Source: a virus. Taken from it: a stretch of DNA of 64,000 nucleotides. A program made the translations under genes and the position numbers. The notes under the pieces are model-generated. The model had not been told where the DNA came from and searched no databases. It saw only the letters and a program-made list of their open reading frames with translations. The stretch lies in UHGV virus genome UHGV-0037395; one strand, written 5' to 3'. The stretch's first letter is position 1. Each line of letters starts with the position of its first letter. Positions 28,255 through 38,304 of this stretch are shown piece by piece.

Positions 28255-30311
28255 TGATTTCGAATAATGCACCAGCCAAAATGGTCTTAAATAGTATAAT
28301 GACTGGATATACAATGGCATATGTCCAGCACTCTATATATACTGACTATGACGTTATTGGTAGATCTTTTTGGTTAAAGATGGGAGAAAGTATAGATAGA
28401 CGTGATTATACCGGTATAGATACTTTCTTCGTAATGATTAATAATCTAACCCCTTCAACCTCTTATGAGGTTCAAGGGGCTTTCTATGACTCTATTATAG
28501 ACTCTGAGCTATTAGAGGCTAAAATTGGCATAAACTTATCCAATAAAACTACCTTTAGTACTAAGAGAAAACCTACTATTACTGCCGCTAGATCAGAGGC
28601 TGATCCAGTAGATGTGGGTGTAGGTGCCCCTATAGTAGTTATAGAGACTACAGGAGAAGCTAGTTATTGTACTATTGAGTTAAAAAGTACTCAACCTTCA
28701 AATAGCCCGTGGGTAAAGTATTATATAGGTCCACTATCTCCCACTATTAGATTTGGTGGTGTTCCTGTTGGGGATTACAAAGTACGCATATCTGGGCAAG
28801 TTACCATGCCAGATGGTGTAACTGTAGACTCTTCTGGATACTTTGAATTTTCCAAAGTTCTTACTGTAGAGTATAACTTTGTACCTCCTACTGCTCCTAA
28901 CAACATTACTTTCAAAGCTGCAAGGATTGCTGATGGTAAAGAAAGATATGATCTCCGTGTACAATGGGAATGGGATAGAGGAGCTGGCGCTAACGTTCGC
29001 GAATTTGTTGTTTCTTATATAGACTCAGTAGAATTCAAAAAAACTGGATGGACTAAAGCTCAAAAAATTAACGTAGGTGCTGCACAAGCGGCAACTATTA
29101 TATCGTTTCCGTGGAAAATTGAGCATAAATTTAAAGTCTCTTCTATAGCATGGGGACCAGATGCTCAAGATGTTACAGATTCTGCAGTACAGACTTTTAT
29201 ACTAAATGAGGATACTCCTCTTGACAATAGTTTTGTTAATGAAACAGGTATTGAAGTAAACTATGCATATATTAAGGGTAAGATCAAAGATGGATCTACC
29301 TGGAAACAAACATTTTTAATTGATGCCGCTACTGGTGCTATTAATATAGGTCTTCTAGATGCTGAAGGAAAAGCACCAATATCTTTTGATCCGATTAAAA
29401 AGATAGTTAACGTTGATGGTAGTGTTATAACTAAAACTATCAATGCTGCTAACTTTGTGATGACTAATCTAACTGGCCAAGATAATCCTGCAATCTATAC
29501 CCAAGGTAAAACTTGGGGGGATACAAAATCTGGTATCTGGATGGGAATGGATAACACTTCTGCTAAGCCAAAGTTAGATATAGGTAATGCTACTCAGTGG
29601 ATACGCTATGATGGCGATACTCTTCGTATTTCTAGTGGAGTTGTTATTGGTACTCCTAATGGAGACGTAGATATTGGTACTGGGATGCAGGGTAAGCAAA
29701 CAGTATTTGTTTACAAACTAGGTAAGAATCTACCTGCTAAGCCCTTAGAACAGGATTATCCACCTCCTGGTTGGTCTAAAACACCTCCTAATCGTACTGA
29801 TATGACTCAGAATATCTACGCTACTACTGGTACTCTAGATCCTGTTACTAATAAGCTATTAGAAGGTACTAGCTGGTCTGATGTAGTTCAATGGAGCGGT
29901 ACTGAAGGTACGATTGGTGCAGATGGTCAAAGGGGTCCTGGCATATATTCCTTAGGTATTCCAGGTCTTGGGGGTTGGGATGATGGGCAAGCTAATACTT
30001 TCTTCCAGAATAACTTTGGTAGTCCACCCGTTAGATATGATGTATTGACTGAGTTTAATAGTAATGCTCCGCAATCTGCATTTACTCGTCAATGGAATGG
30101 TTCCGGTTGGGTTAATCCAGCAATGGTACTGCATGGCGATATGATAGTTAACGGTACGGTAACCGCCAGTAAGATTGTAGCAAATAATGCCTTCTTATCT
30201 CAGATCGGTGTTAACGTTATTTATGATAGAAACGCTGCATTATCTGATAATCCGGAAGCCTATTACAGAATGAAGATAGACCTGCAAAACGGGTACATCC
30301 ATATAAGGTAA
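28239..30311 (+). CDS. Central straight fibre protein pb4-like (690 aa)
   Basis: Size (T5 pb4 is 688 aa) and position. Confidence 0.7.
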   Translation: MGIHLMISNNAPAKMVLNSIMTGYTMAYVQHSIYTDYDVIGRSFWLKMGESIDRRDYTGIDTFFVMINNLTPSTSYEVQGAFYDSIIDSELLEAKIGINLSNKTTFSTKRKPTITAARSEADPVDVGVGAPIVVIETTGEASYCTIELKSTQPSNSPWVKYYIGPLSPTIRFGGVPVGDYKVRISGQVTMPDGVTVDSSGYFEFSKVLTVEYNFVPPTAPNNITFKAARIADGKERYDLRVQWEWDRGAGANVREFVVSYIDSVEFKKTGWTKAQKINVGAAQAATIISFPWKIEHKFKVSSIAWGPDAQDVTDSAVQTFILNEDTPLDNSFVNETGIEVNYAYIKGKIKDGSTWKQTFLIDAATGAINIGLLDAEGKAPISFDPIKKIVNVDGSVITKTINAANFVMTNLTGQDNPAIYTQGKTWGDTKSGIWMGMDNTSAKPKLDIGNATQWIRYDGDTLRISSGVVIGTPNGDVDIGTGMQGKQTVFVYKLGKNLPAKPLEQDYPPPGWSKTPPNRTDMTQNIYATTGTLDPVTNKLLEGTSWSDVVQWSGTEGTIGADGQRGPGIYSLGIPGLGGWDDGQANTFFQNNFGSPPVRYDVLTEFNSNAPQSAFTRQWNGSGWVNPAMVLHGDMIVNGTVTASKIVANNAFLSQIGVNVIYDRNAALSDNPEAYYRMKIDLQNGYIHIR

Positions 30312-30314
30312 ATA

Positions 30315-30737
30315 ATGAGTACTGAAAATAGAGTTATAGACTTAGTAATAGATGAGAAAGTACCATATGGTTTAATGATGCAGTTCTTAGATGTTAATGA
30401 TGATACTTATCCACCTACAAATACCCCGGTTAACTTAACTGGGTATTCTCTAAGGGGTACTATAAAAAATAGCCTAGATGAGAATGCGGAGATATTAGCA
30501 TCCTTTACTACTAATATTATTGATGCTGCTCAGGGGGCTGTAGCTATAAGTTTACCCGTAGAATCTGTGGAGAATATAGGAGCTAAAGCATCTAAAGATA
30601 GAGATAAATATAATCCTCGTCAGCGATTCGCAGGATACTATGATATAATTATGACTAGAGATGTTATAGGATCTGCAATTAGCTCCTTTCGTATAATGGA
30701 GGGTAAAGTATTTATCAGTGATGGGGTAACTAAATAA
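30315..30737 (+). CDS. Collar protein p132-like (140 aa)
   Basis: Same length as T5 p132; directly precedes the LTF genes. Confidence 0.55.
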   Translation: MSTENRVIDLVIDEKVPYGLMMQFLDVNDDTYPPTNTPVNLTGYSLRGTIKNSLDENAEILASFTTNIIDAAQGAVAISLPVESVENIGAKASKDRDKYNPRQRFAGYYDIIMTRDVIGSAISSFRIMEGKVFISDGVTK

Positions 30738-33109
30738 TGGCAGTAACTACTAAGATTATTGTACAACAGATACTAAATATTGATGATACTAAAGCTACTG
30801 CTAGTAAATTTCCTAGATATACAGTAACTCTTGGTAACTCTATTAGCTCTATTACTGCAAGTGAGTTAGTATCATCTATTGAGGCCGCAGCTAAGTCTGC
30901 TGCAGCTGCAAAAGACTCTGAAATAGCTGCTAAGACTTCAGAGCTTAATGCTAAGAATTCTGAACAGGAAGCTGCTATTTCTGCTGGAGCTTCTGAAGCT
31001 TCTGCTACTCAGTCTGCTACGTCTGCTACTCAGTCTGCTGCATCAGCGGATAGATCTGCAGAATCAGCCGCAGCAGCTAAAGTATCTGAGACTAATGCGA
31101 AAGCTAGTGAAACTAAGGCTAAAACATCCGAGACTAATGCAAAAGCATCAGAAACTAATGCAAAGTCTAGTGAAACCAAAGCTAAAGCCTCCGAGACTAA
31201 TGCTAAAACTAGTGAGACTAACGCTGCTGCTTCCGCTGCTGCTGCAAAAATTAGTGAAACTAACGCTAAAATTAGTGAGACTAATGCTGCTGCGTCTGCT
31301 GCCGATTCTAAAGGTTTTAGGGATGAAGCAGAAACATTCGCTAGACAAGCTGCAGCATCTGCATCCGCTGCTAAAGTATCCGAGACTAATGCAAAAGCTA
31401 GTGAGACTAAAGCCAAAGCTAGTGAGACTAAAGCCAAAGCTAGTGAGACTAACGCAGCTAGTTCCGCAACTTCAGCTAGTCAGTCAGTAACTACTATTCA
31501 AGGCTTAAAATCAGATGTTGAGCAACTAAAATCAGATACTCAGGCCATTAAAAACAGTGCTGTAACAGAGACAACAGCTATAAAGGCAGATGTTGCGCAG
31601 TTAAAAACAGACACACAAGGCATTAAGAATAGCGCGATAACAGAAACTACCACGCTAAAAAACCAAGCTGCTAATTCTGCAACTAGTGCTGCTAATTCTG
31701 CTACTGAAGCAGGAAAACAAGCTACTAGTGCTGCCAATAGTGCTAATACTGCTAAGACTGAGGCCGACCGTTCAAAAACTGAGGCTGATAGATCAGAAGC
31801 TGCTGCTAATTCTACCCCCGACATTCAACCTCTTCCAGATGTATGGATACCGTTTAACGATTCTCTAGATATGATTACAGGATTTTCACCTTCATATAAA
31901 AAGATTGTTATTGGTGACGATGAAATCACGATGCCTGGAGACAAGATTGTCAAATTTAAACGTGCATCAACTGCGACATATATTAATAAATCCGGCGTTT
32001 TCACTGTTGCGGAAATTGACGAACCACGTTTTGAACGTGATGGTCTGCTTATTGAAGGTCAGAGAACTAACCTGTTAATCAATTCAACCAATCCTACTAA
32101 GTGGAACAAGTCGTCAAATATGATCTTAAGTACGTCAGGTGTAGATGATTTCGGATTCCAGTACGCAAAATTTACACTAAAGCCAGAAATGGTAGGGCAA
32201 ACTTCAGCGATTAACATAGTAACCGTTAGCGGCAGTAAAGGTTTTGATGTAACAGGCGACGAAAAGTATGTAACTGCATCATGCAGGGTACAAAGTGGAA
32301 CACCAGATTTAAGATGCCGATTGCGGTTTGAAGAATATAATGGATCTGCTTACATTTTTCTCGGTGACGCATACTTAAATTTGACAGATTTATCTATTGA
32401 AAAAACAGGTGGAGCAGCAGCTCGTATTACTGCAAGAGCTGTTAAAGATGAAGCAAGTAAATGGATTTTCTTTGAGGCAACAATTAAAGCTCTTGATACA
32501 GAAAATATGATCGGTGCGATGGTGCAATATGCTCCACCAAATGGAGGATCTGGAACTGGTGCAGATGATTATATTTATGTCGCAACTCCTCAGGTGGAAG
32601 GTGGTTCTTGTGCTTCTTCATTCATTATTACTGAAGCAACACCAGTGACAAGAGCTAGCGATGTTGTCACTATTCCATCACAAAACAACCTTGCTGTTAG
32701 GCCATTTACTGTTCTTTGTGAAGTAAATAAAAATTGGACTACTCCACCAAATGCAGCTCCACGTATATTTGATGTTGGTGGACATCAGATTGATGATAAT
32801 TATCTGTCACTCGGTTTTGTCTCAACAGGAAAGCTGGCCGCAAATGTCGGAATGATTCAACCGCTAATCGCTGTTGATGGTGATAAGTTTGTTGTTGGTT
32901 TAAGGGCTAAATTAGATTTATCCGTTAATGCTATATTTAATGGCAGCTACACAACAAACCCTAACGGTAAAGTGTTCAGAATTACAGCAACATCATACCG
33001 ATTTGGGGGACAAACTGCTTCGGGGTTGCGCCATTTATTTGGACATGTTAGAAATTTCCGTATTTGGTTTAAAGAGTTAACTGATAGACAAATAAAGGAG
33101 TATATATGA
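30737..33109 (+). CDS. ltfA: L-shaped tail fibre protein A (LtfA-like), 790 aa, with an internal array of 7-aa (21-bp) SETNAKA repeats
   Basis: Position after p132; Ala/Ser-rich heptad repeats at about 31080-31460; the C-terminal globular domain lacks an S74 chaperone. Confidence 0.6.
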   Translation: MAVTTKIIVQQILNIDDTKATASKFPRYTVTLGNSISSITASELVSSIEAAAKSAAAAKDSEIAAKTSELNAKNSEQEAAISAGASEASATQSATSATQSAASADRSAESAAAAKVSETNAKASETKAKTSETNAKASETNAKSSETKAKASETNAKTSETNAAASAAAAKISETNAKISETNAAASAADSKGFRDEAETFARQAAASASAAKVSETNAKASETKAKASETKAKASETNAASSATSASQSVTTIQGLKSDVEQLKSDTQAIKNSAVTETTAIKADVAQLKTDTQGIKNSAITETTTLKNQAANSATSAANSATEAGKQATSAANSANTAKTEADRSKTEADRSEAAANSTPDIQPLPDVWIPFNDSLDMITGFSPSYKKIVIGDDEITMPGDKIVKFKRASTATYINKSGVFTVAEIDEPRFERDGLLIEGQRTNLLINSTNPTKWNKSSNMILSTSGVDDFGFQYAKFTLKPEMVGQTSAINIVTVSGSKGFDVTGDEKYVTASCRVQSGTPDLRCRLRFEEYNGSAYIFLGDAYLNLTDLSIEKTGGAAARITARAVKDEASKWIFFEATIKALDTENMIGAMVQYAPPNGGSGTGADDYIYVATPQVEGGSCASSFIITEATPVTRASDVVTIPSQNNLAVRPFTVLCEVNKNWTTPPNAAPRIFDVGGHQIDDNYLSLGFVSTGKLAANVGMIQPLIAVDGDKFVVGLRAKLDLSVNAIFNGSYTTNPNGKVFRITATSYRFGGQTASGLRHLFGHVRNFRIWFKELTDRQIKEYI

Positions 33110-33384
33110 AAGATTTAATCCTAAAGTTTAGTAATAAACAGGCTTATAAAGATTTTCTCATTCAAATAGGCTGGGAAAATAACGACGAACTCCAAAATTA
33201 TATTATGCTTGATGAGATTGGCTACACGTATACTGAAACCTCCCAGCCAGGTGACGAGGAGCCGACATATATTCGTAATGAAGGATACTATGTTAATGTA
33301 AGGATTCTTGAGGAATCCTTTACTTACGAATACTTTGAGCCTTTTATAGTTCAGTTGGAACAGCCTCTTAGAGAGTGGGCATAA
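33106..33384 (+). CDS. Small acidic protein between ltfA and ltfB (92 aa)
   Basis: ORF track; unknown function. Confidence 0.3.
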   Translation: MKDLILKFSNKQAYKDFLIQIGWENNDELQNYIMLDEIGYTYTETSQPGDEEPTYIRNEGYYVNVRILEESFTYEYFEPFIVQLEQPLREWA

Positions 33385-33393
33385 GGTTTTATA

Positions 33394-34395
33394 ATGGTAA
33401 CTAAAACAGCAATTCCTACGGATATTACAAAACTTAAGACTGATGTTCAATCAGTCACTAGTGATGTATCAACATTAAAACAAGATACTACCACACTAAA
33501 ATCTGATGTATCAACACTAAAATCTGATACATCAACACTAAAATCTGATACATCAACACTAAAATCTAATGTTAGCACATTACAGACTCGAGAGAAAATT
33601 AATACTGATTGGACAGCACAGCGACCACAGAATCAGCAGAACGATTCGTCTAGCAACTTCGGAACAGGCTATAAATTAATCTCTCAAGGTATAGATCTTG
33701 ATGGAAAAACATATACTGCGTCACTGGAAATGGTGCGGGTTAGATCTGACGGAATCATAAACGCGCGTATTAATGTTGTTAACGCTGCTGGTAACTCAAT
33801 ATATTATGATTTTAATGATAATGGTGAGATTGTAGTTCCGCCGAGACAAAATATTAGCGCAAGACGTTTTCGTATTGCAAATGATGGCACATCGTCAATG
33901 GATGGTCGTTTGAATATGTGGGGTTCTGGGACACGTGCGGACGTATTTGAATACGGCTGGAGTAATGGTTATGGCTTCTATATGCAGCGTAATAGCGATA
34001 ACTCCCGTCTATTCCAAGTAAACGGCACAGTACAAGCAAATAACGTATCTTCTGGATCGGATCGTGATCTGAAAGAAAATATTCAAGTTATAGATAATGC
34101 TACTGACCGTCTAAGAAAAATGTATGGATACACCTATACACTTAAATCTGATGGTATGCCTTATGCTGGTGTTATCGCCCAAGAAGCAATGGAAGCAATT
34201 CCTGAAGTAGTAGGTGGTATGACCGTTTATACAGAAGAAGATAAAGAAGTTGGGACCCGTTATCTTACTGTAAACTATTCCGGAGTAGTTGGTTTACTTG
34301 TTCAAGTATGTCGTGAAGCGGATGATCGTATAAGTAGATTAGAGACTGAAATAGAAGAGTTAAAAACATTAGTCAATCAACTAGTATCACAATAA
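33394..34395 (+). CDS. ltfB: L-shaped tail fibre protein B (LtfB-like), 333 aa, with a C-terminal S74 intramolecular chaperone/autoprotease domain
   Basis: N-terminal STLKSDT x5 heptad repeats; C-terminal DRDLKENI..MYGYTYTLKSDG..GVIAQE..VVGG S74-type motif. Confidence 0.65.
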   Translation: MVTKTAIPTDITKLKTDVQSVTSDVSTLKQDTTTLKSDVSTLKSDTSTLKSDTSTLKSNVSTLQTREKINTDWTAQRPQNQQNDSSSNFGTGYKLISQGIDLDGKTYTASLEMVRVRSDGIINARINVVNAAGNSIYYDFNDNGEIVVPPRQNISARRFRIANDGTSSMDGRLNMWGSGTRADVFEYGWSNGYGFYMQRNSDNSRLFQVNGTVQANNVSSGSDRDLKENIQVIDNATDRLRKMYGYTYTLKSDGMPYAGVIAQEAMEAIPEVVGGMTVYTEEDKEVGTRYLTVNYSGVVGLLVQVCREADDRISRLETEIEELKTLVNQLVSQ

Positions 34396-34400
34396 AAGAA

Positions 34401-34432
34401 AACCCCAGTGGACAAAATCCACTGGGGTTTTT
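34401..34432. terminator. Bidirectional intrinsic terminator (aaccccagtgga-caaaa-tccactggggtt + T-run) between the convergent late and early modules
   Basis: Direct reading. Confidence 0.75.
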
Positions 34433-34435
34433 CTA

Positions 34436-34699
34436 TTATTCGCTTCTACAACCTTCTATAATACCAAGATTATAAATAGTTAATAGTATTTTTAAATGCT
34501 CATTATCAGTATTAGTACAAAGCTCTACAAAACCTTCAGGATCCCAGAAAGTAACATTACCTTCTTTGTCTGTTTTTAGCACAAACGTTTCTGGTTCAGT
34601 AATTTTAATCTGATAAGTTGACATATTAGTATCAATACCTACCATATTAGGATCAGTAAAGTTATTTGCTTCCTGAACTTCCAAATCCGCCTTCCCCAC
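34436..34699 (-). CDS. Hypothetical protein (87 aa)
   Basis: ORF track only. Confidence 0.3.
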   Translation of the reverse strand: MGKADLEVQEANNFTDPNMVGIDTNMSTYQIKITEPETFVLKTDKEGNVTFWDPEGFVELCTNTDNEHLKILLTIYNLGIIEGCRSE

Positions 34700-35108
34700 G
34701 ATTAGTCTCCCCTAGTTCGTCAACGATTTCAAAATTATGAGTTGAGTAGTGTGGTACTACTACTAGCTGACAAAGTCTTTCAAAATTTTCCAGAGTTTGA
34801 ATTTCAGAACCGTAGTTATAAAGGTTCATCTTAATAGTTCCACGATAGTCTGAGTCAATCACTCCTGCGGTGTTTGCAATCATCAGATGACGCTTACCTA
34901 AAGAACTACGAGGAACTACCAAACCGAACCAACCTCGCGGAATTTCCACCGCGACACCGGTGTCAATCATTAAGGATTTGCCTGGTGCAATAGCACGTAA
35001 ATCTGCGGCAGGGTTAGTACCAAAGAATGCTCGCAGATCCATACCTGCGGCATCTTCGGAACCAATCTTAGGCATACAATCTGGATGAGTTAATTTAATT
35101 TTAATCAT
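34662..35108 (-). CDS. dut: dUTPase (148 aa)
   Basis: dUTPase motifs AAGMDLRA, RSS.G and IDSDYRG. Confidence 0.8.
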   Translation of the reverse strand: MIKIKLTHPDCMPKIGSEDAAGMDLRAFFGTNPAADLRAIAPGKSLMIDTGVAVEIPRGWFGLVVPRSSLGKRHLMIANTAGVIDSDYRGTIKMNLYNYGSEIQTLENFERLCQLVVVPHYSTHNFEIVDELGETNRGEGGFGSSGSK

Positions 35109-35980
35109 TGTTCTGCAATCTCCAAAATATCTTTTGTAAACTTATCTAATACGTCTTGACCTACAGCAGCAATAGCATCCACACAGTAGGTAGGTAAATC
35201 AACCAGAATTAGGTTTCGATAAAGCAATTCTTCCGAAGCATTTAAATTCTGTATATATTTCTGTTTTCCAGGCAGTGGAAGCTGATCAATAATATCCAGA
35301 ACGTTACCAAATTCACGAATAATATTATATCCGCGTTTTGCCCCAATACCTTCAACACCACGGATATTATCCCCTAAATCACCCATAATTGCTTTCAGAG
35401 AGATAAACTGCTCTACATCGTCAACATTATGATGCTCATACATATCACGAAGATGATATTCACGACGTGTTGTGAAAGAGAAGCGAGATACTTTATCAGT
35501 TAATAAAGTATCCCAGTCACCATCGGTAGAAATTAGCCAAACATGATCATAAAGATGCCCAATCAGCTTAACAATATAAGCTGCCATATCATCTGCTTCT
35601 ACGCCACGAATAGTGAAGGTTGGAAATGTAGTTTCACATAGTTCGAAAGCATCTTTCAAATACTCGAAGAACTGCTCATCTAACGCTTTCTCCTCTTCCG
35701 TACGCTGTGAGTATTTCTCATCTCGATTCCCTTTATACTCGGGAAGATGCTCTAAGCGGAATGCAGACTTCCCTTTATCTCCTAAAACTATTGTGGTTCT
35801 AGCAGAATAAGATTTTGCTAGAGACTGGATAGTGGAAACATAACTTGAGGCAAATGGTTTTTTACTATTGTTGTGTTTGAAGCGAAAGCCTAAGTTAGTT
35901 CCATCGACAATCATTAGGTTACGACGGGAAGCCATTTCAGCTTCCTCTTCTTCAATAAATTTTCCCCAGGATTTACTCAT
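35105..35980 (-). CDS. D15: Flap endonuclease / 5'-3' exonuclease (T5 D15-like), 291 aa
   Basis: Same length as T5 D15; FEN motifs (IVDG.N, GDKGKS, HhH region GIG.K). Confidence 0.8.
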   Translation of the reverse strand: MSKSWGKFIEEEEAEMASRRNLMIVDGTNLGFRFKHNNSKKPFASSYVSTIQSLAKSYSARTTIVLGDKGKSAFRLEHLPEYKGNRDEKYSQRTEEEKALDEQFFEYLKDAFELCETTFPTFTIRGVEADDMAAYIVKLIGHLYDHVWLISTDGDWDTLLTDKVSRFSFTTRREYHLRDMYEHHNVDDVEQFISLKAIMGDLGDNIRGVEGIGAKRGYNIIREFGNVLDIIDQLPLPGKQKYIQNLNASEELLYRNLILVDLPTYCVDAIAAVGQDVLDKFTKDILEIAEQ

Positions 35981-36462
35981 TATTTAATTAAGTCCTCAAC
36001 AGATGCATGATGTAGCCACGGTTCAAATAAACCAATTACGATTTCCATGTCTTTCTTATTTAACACCATATGGGTACGACTCATTAAGTTGTCAACCATC
36101 GGGTCTGAGCTATCCAAAGCTATTAACCACTGTCCTCTGTCTTTTTTGAATATTAATGCAGGTTTGGAGTTCATCTGCTCGCCTTCACGTGAGCACTGCT
36201 GCCACCACTTCTCTAGAGTGGATTCACCAACATTAAATAAATTACTTGATATATTATCATCTTTATACCACTTAACTTCGAAGCAGTATTTACTAATGTG
36301 TCCGCTTTGTGGTGGAAGGTAGATGTCACCCTTCAATCCGTGGCTCTGGCCAAAAGCACCAGAGCCAGGAACACGTTCCCACTCAAGACCTGTACGCTCA
36401 CGTAGAATATCTCTTACCTGATATTCACCACGTTTACCTTTCTCTCTACTATCTACAGCCAT
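35980..36462 (-). CDS. D14-like protein (160 aa)
   Basis: Synteny. Confidence 0.4.
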   Translation of the reverse strand: MAVDSREKGKRGEYQVRDILRERTGLEWERVPGSGAFGQSHGLKGDIYLPPQSGHISKYCFEVKWYKDDNISSNLFNVGESTLEKWWQQCSREGEQMNSKPALIFKKDRGQWLIALDSSDPMVDNLMSRTHMVLNKKDMEIVIGLFEPWLHHASVEDLIK

Positions 36463-36465
36463 GTT

Positions 36466-38304
36466 TTATTCTAAGTAGGAAAATCCTTCTGCATCTTTTT
36501 TGACAGTAATCTTATGGGCTAATGGATGCGTATGCCCATGAGAAACAATGATAGAATTTAGACTTTCTTCCTCATTTAATAATTCAACAAGAGTGTCAAG
36601 CCCTTTAGTATCAATAAAGCTAATTACTTCATCAAGGAATAGAAGATTAATATTAACTTTACTAATAGATGTTAGTAGCATTCGAATAGCTAACAGAGTT
36701 GCTAGGTTGATTCGACTTTGCTGACCAGTAGAGCAATTCTCCATACTGGTACGGTTTCCATCATTGAAGATTACTACTTGCAATTTCGTTTCATCAAGTT
36801 CAAATCCAAGTGCGAACTTACCGCCAGTCATAATGGAAAGGTATTTATTAATTAGGTCTTCAAATACTTTCACACTATGCTCTAGCTTATATCCTACTAG
36901 ATTCTTTAACGCAGCAATCAGAATATCGAGATCAGCAACAGCTTCTGATACTCCATCCAGTTTGGAAGTAATCTCGGACATTTCTGCCTCAGCTTTCTCA
37001 ATCTGTTCTAGTTTCGCTTTATATTTTGCATTGGCTAATTCAACATTTGCATTATGCTCTTTGGCAATTGCAACCTTAGAACGGCCATCAGCGATTTCCT
37101 GTTCTAGTTGTCGGATTTGCACCTGTAGGTTTTGCACATTGAGTTCTTCAAAAGAGGTATCACTCATTGAATTTTTGAATTCGTCTCTAGCTGCTACTGC
37201 CTTATCCAAAGCATCCTTTGCTCTAGTATATGCAACGTACTCAAGTTGTTCTTTCTTCAACTGTTCTAGCTTAGCTTCAAGAGATTGCTTCTCTTTGAAC
37301 AGAGGATCATATTCTATTCTAGCCATATCCATTGCTTTTTGAGCAGCAGTTGTATCCAGATGAGTACCACAAGTAGGACATTCAGTATTTGAAGCCTCTT
37401 GCTTGAACTTCTGATAACGTTTCTTAACTTCGCCTGCACGTGAGGACACAATCGTTAGGTCACGCGTAACACTTGAGATTTCTTCATTTTGGTCAGTGGG
37501 CGCGGGTAAATTTTTGAAAGGCTCGAAAGATTGTTCGGCAACTTGTACAGCTTTGTCCAAATTACGCAATTTAGTAATATTAGCCTCTTGAGACTTGGCT
37601 AATGCCGCCTTAATTTTCGATTCAGTAAGTTCTTGTGCTAACGGCTCTTCATCAAACTCTGGTACTTCTACAGGTTCCTGCAAAGTTCCCAGATTATTCT
37701 TTCCATTAAGGATTTTCGTAATTACAGCCATTTGGCCCTGCAAATTATTTAAGGTATTTGCTATTTCTTTACGATCAGCCTTAATAGTTTCTGACATTTC
37801 CTTGTACTGTTCTTGATTGAACAAGTTAACAAGAAAAGCCTTACGTGTTGCATCTGTTGCTTTTAGAAAGTCTAGATTGGAACCCACCGATTGATAAATC
37901 AGTTTGGTGAATGTTTGGAAGTCACCACCCATAATTTCTTCAATCATCTTGTAGGTTTGGGTTGCCGTGTGTCCACTAATATCTTCTCCATTCTTAATAA
38001 GGGTTACTTTAGCAGTTGACTTAACTACTTTATGCAGTTCATACTCATCTTCATCTTTCGAGAAATAGGCGTGCATATCATACTCTTTTTTCGGAGAAGA
38101 CCAAGAGAACAGAGCATCTTTCTTAATACCGCGTGAGTTCTTATTATAAAAGAGTTCTTCAATAACAGTAGCAATGGTGGATTTCCCTAGCCCATTGCCC
38201 CCAATTAGTTGAGTAACTGGATTCTTATCGAAATGAATTACGATGTCCTTACCGTAAGACATAACGTTACTAAATTTTAGTGTCTTAATTATAATCTTTG
38301 ACAT
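36466..38304 (-). CDS. D13: SbcC/Rad50-like recombination ATPase (D13-like); true start probably at MSKIIIKTL
   Basis: Walker A GGNGLGKST, zinc-hook CPTCGT, coiled-coil, C-terminal signature and Walker B. Confidence 0.8.
   Translation of the reverse strand: MSKIIIKTLKFSNVMSYGKDIVIHFDKNPVTQLIGGNGLGKSTIATVIEELFYNKNSRGIKKDALFSWSSPKKEYDMHAYFSKDEDEYELHKVVKSTAKVTLIKNGEDISGHTATQTYKMIEEIMGGDFQTFTKLIYQSVGSNLDFLKATDATRKAFLVNLFNQEQYKEMSETIKADRKEIANTLNNLQGQMAVITKILNGKNNLGTLQEPVEVPEFDEEPLAQELTESKIKAALAKSQEANITKLRNLDKAVQVAEQSFEPFKNLPAPTDQNEEISSVTRDLTIVSSRAGEVKKRYQKFKQEASNTECPTCGTHLDTTAAQKAMDMARIEYDPLFKEKQSLEAKLEQLKKEQLEYVAYTRAKDALDKAVAARDEFKNSMSDTSFEELNVQNLQVQIRQLEQEIADGRSKVAIAKEHNANVELANAKYKAKLEQIEKAEAEMSEITSKLDGVSEAVADLDILIAALKNLVGYKLEHSVKVFEDLINKYLSIMTGGKFALGFELDETKLQVVIFNDGNRTSMENCSTGQQSRINLATLLAIRMLLTSISKVNINLLFLDEVISFIDTKGLDTLVELLNEEESLNSIIVSHGHTHPLAHKITVKKDAEGFSYLE

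Noticed and set aside
30948-31824. Alternative-frame and antisense ORFs of 94-180 aa inside ltfA (for example 30948..31490 +, 31030..31437 -, 31540..31824 -).
   Set aside because: They arise from the 21-bp Ala/Ser/Leu-rich tandem coding repeats, which stay open in several frames. The translations are low-complexity (LLRLLL..., ALVSLA...) and have no RBS. The LtfA frame is the only one with fibre-like sequence.
33460-33570. Regular 21-bp direct repeats in ltfB (and at 31080-31460 in ltfA) as a possible CRISPR-like or minisatellite array.
   Set aside because: The repeats are in-frame coding heptads (STLKSDT / SETNAKA) with no spacer-repeat architecture and no cas genes, so they are protein-level repeats.
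36764-37342. A 192-aa + strand ORF antisense to the SbcC-like gene, plus other long antisense ORFs (39916..40551 + within D11; 48227..48736 + within D5; 51556..51858 +).
   Set aside because: Ser/Phe-rich low-complexity translations typical of the antisense of codon-optimised, GC3-rich genes. No RBS, and they sit on the opposite strand to the whole co-directional early operon.
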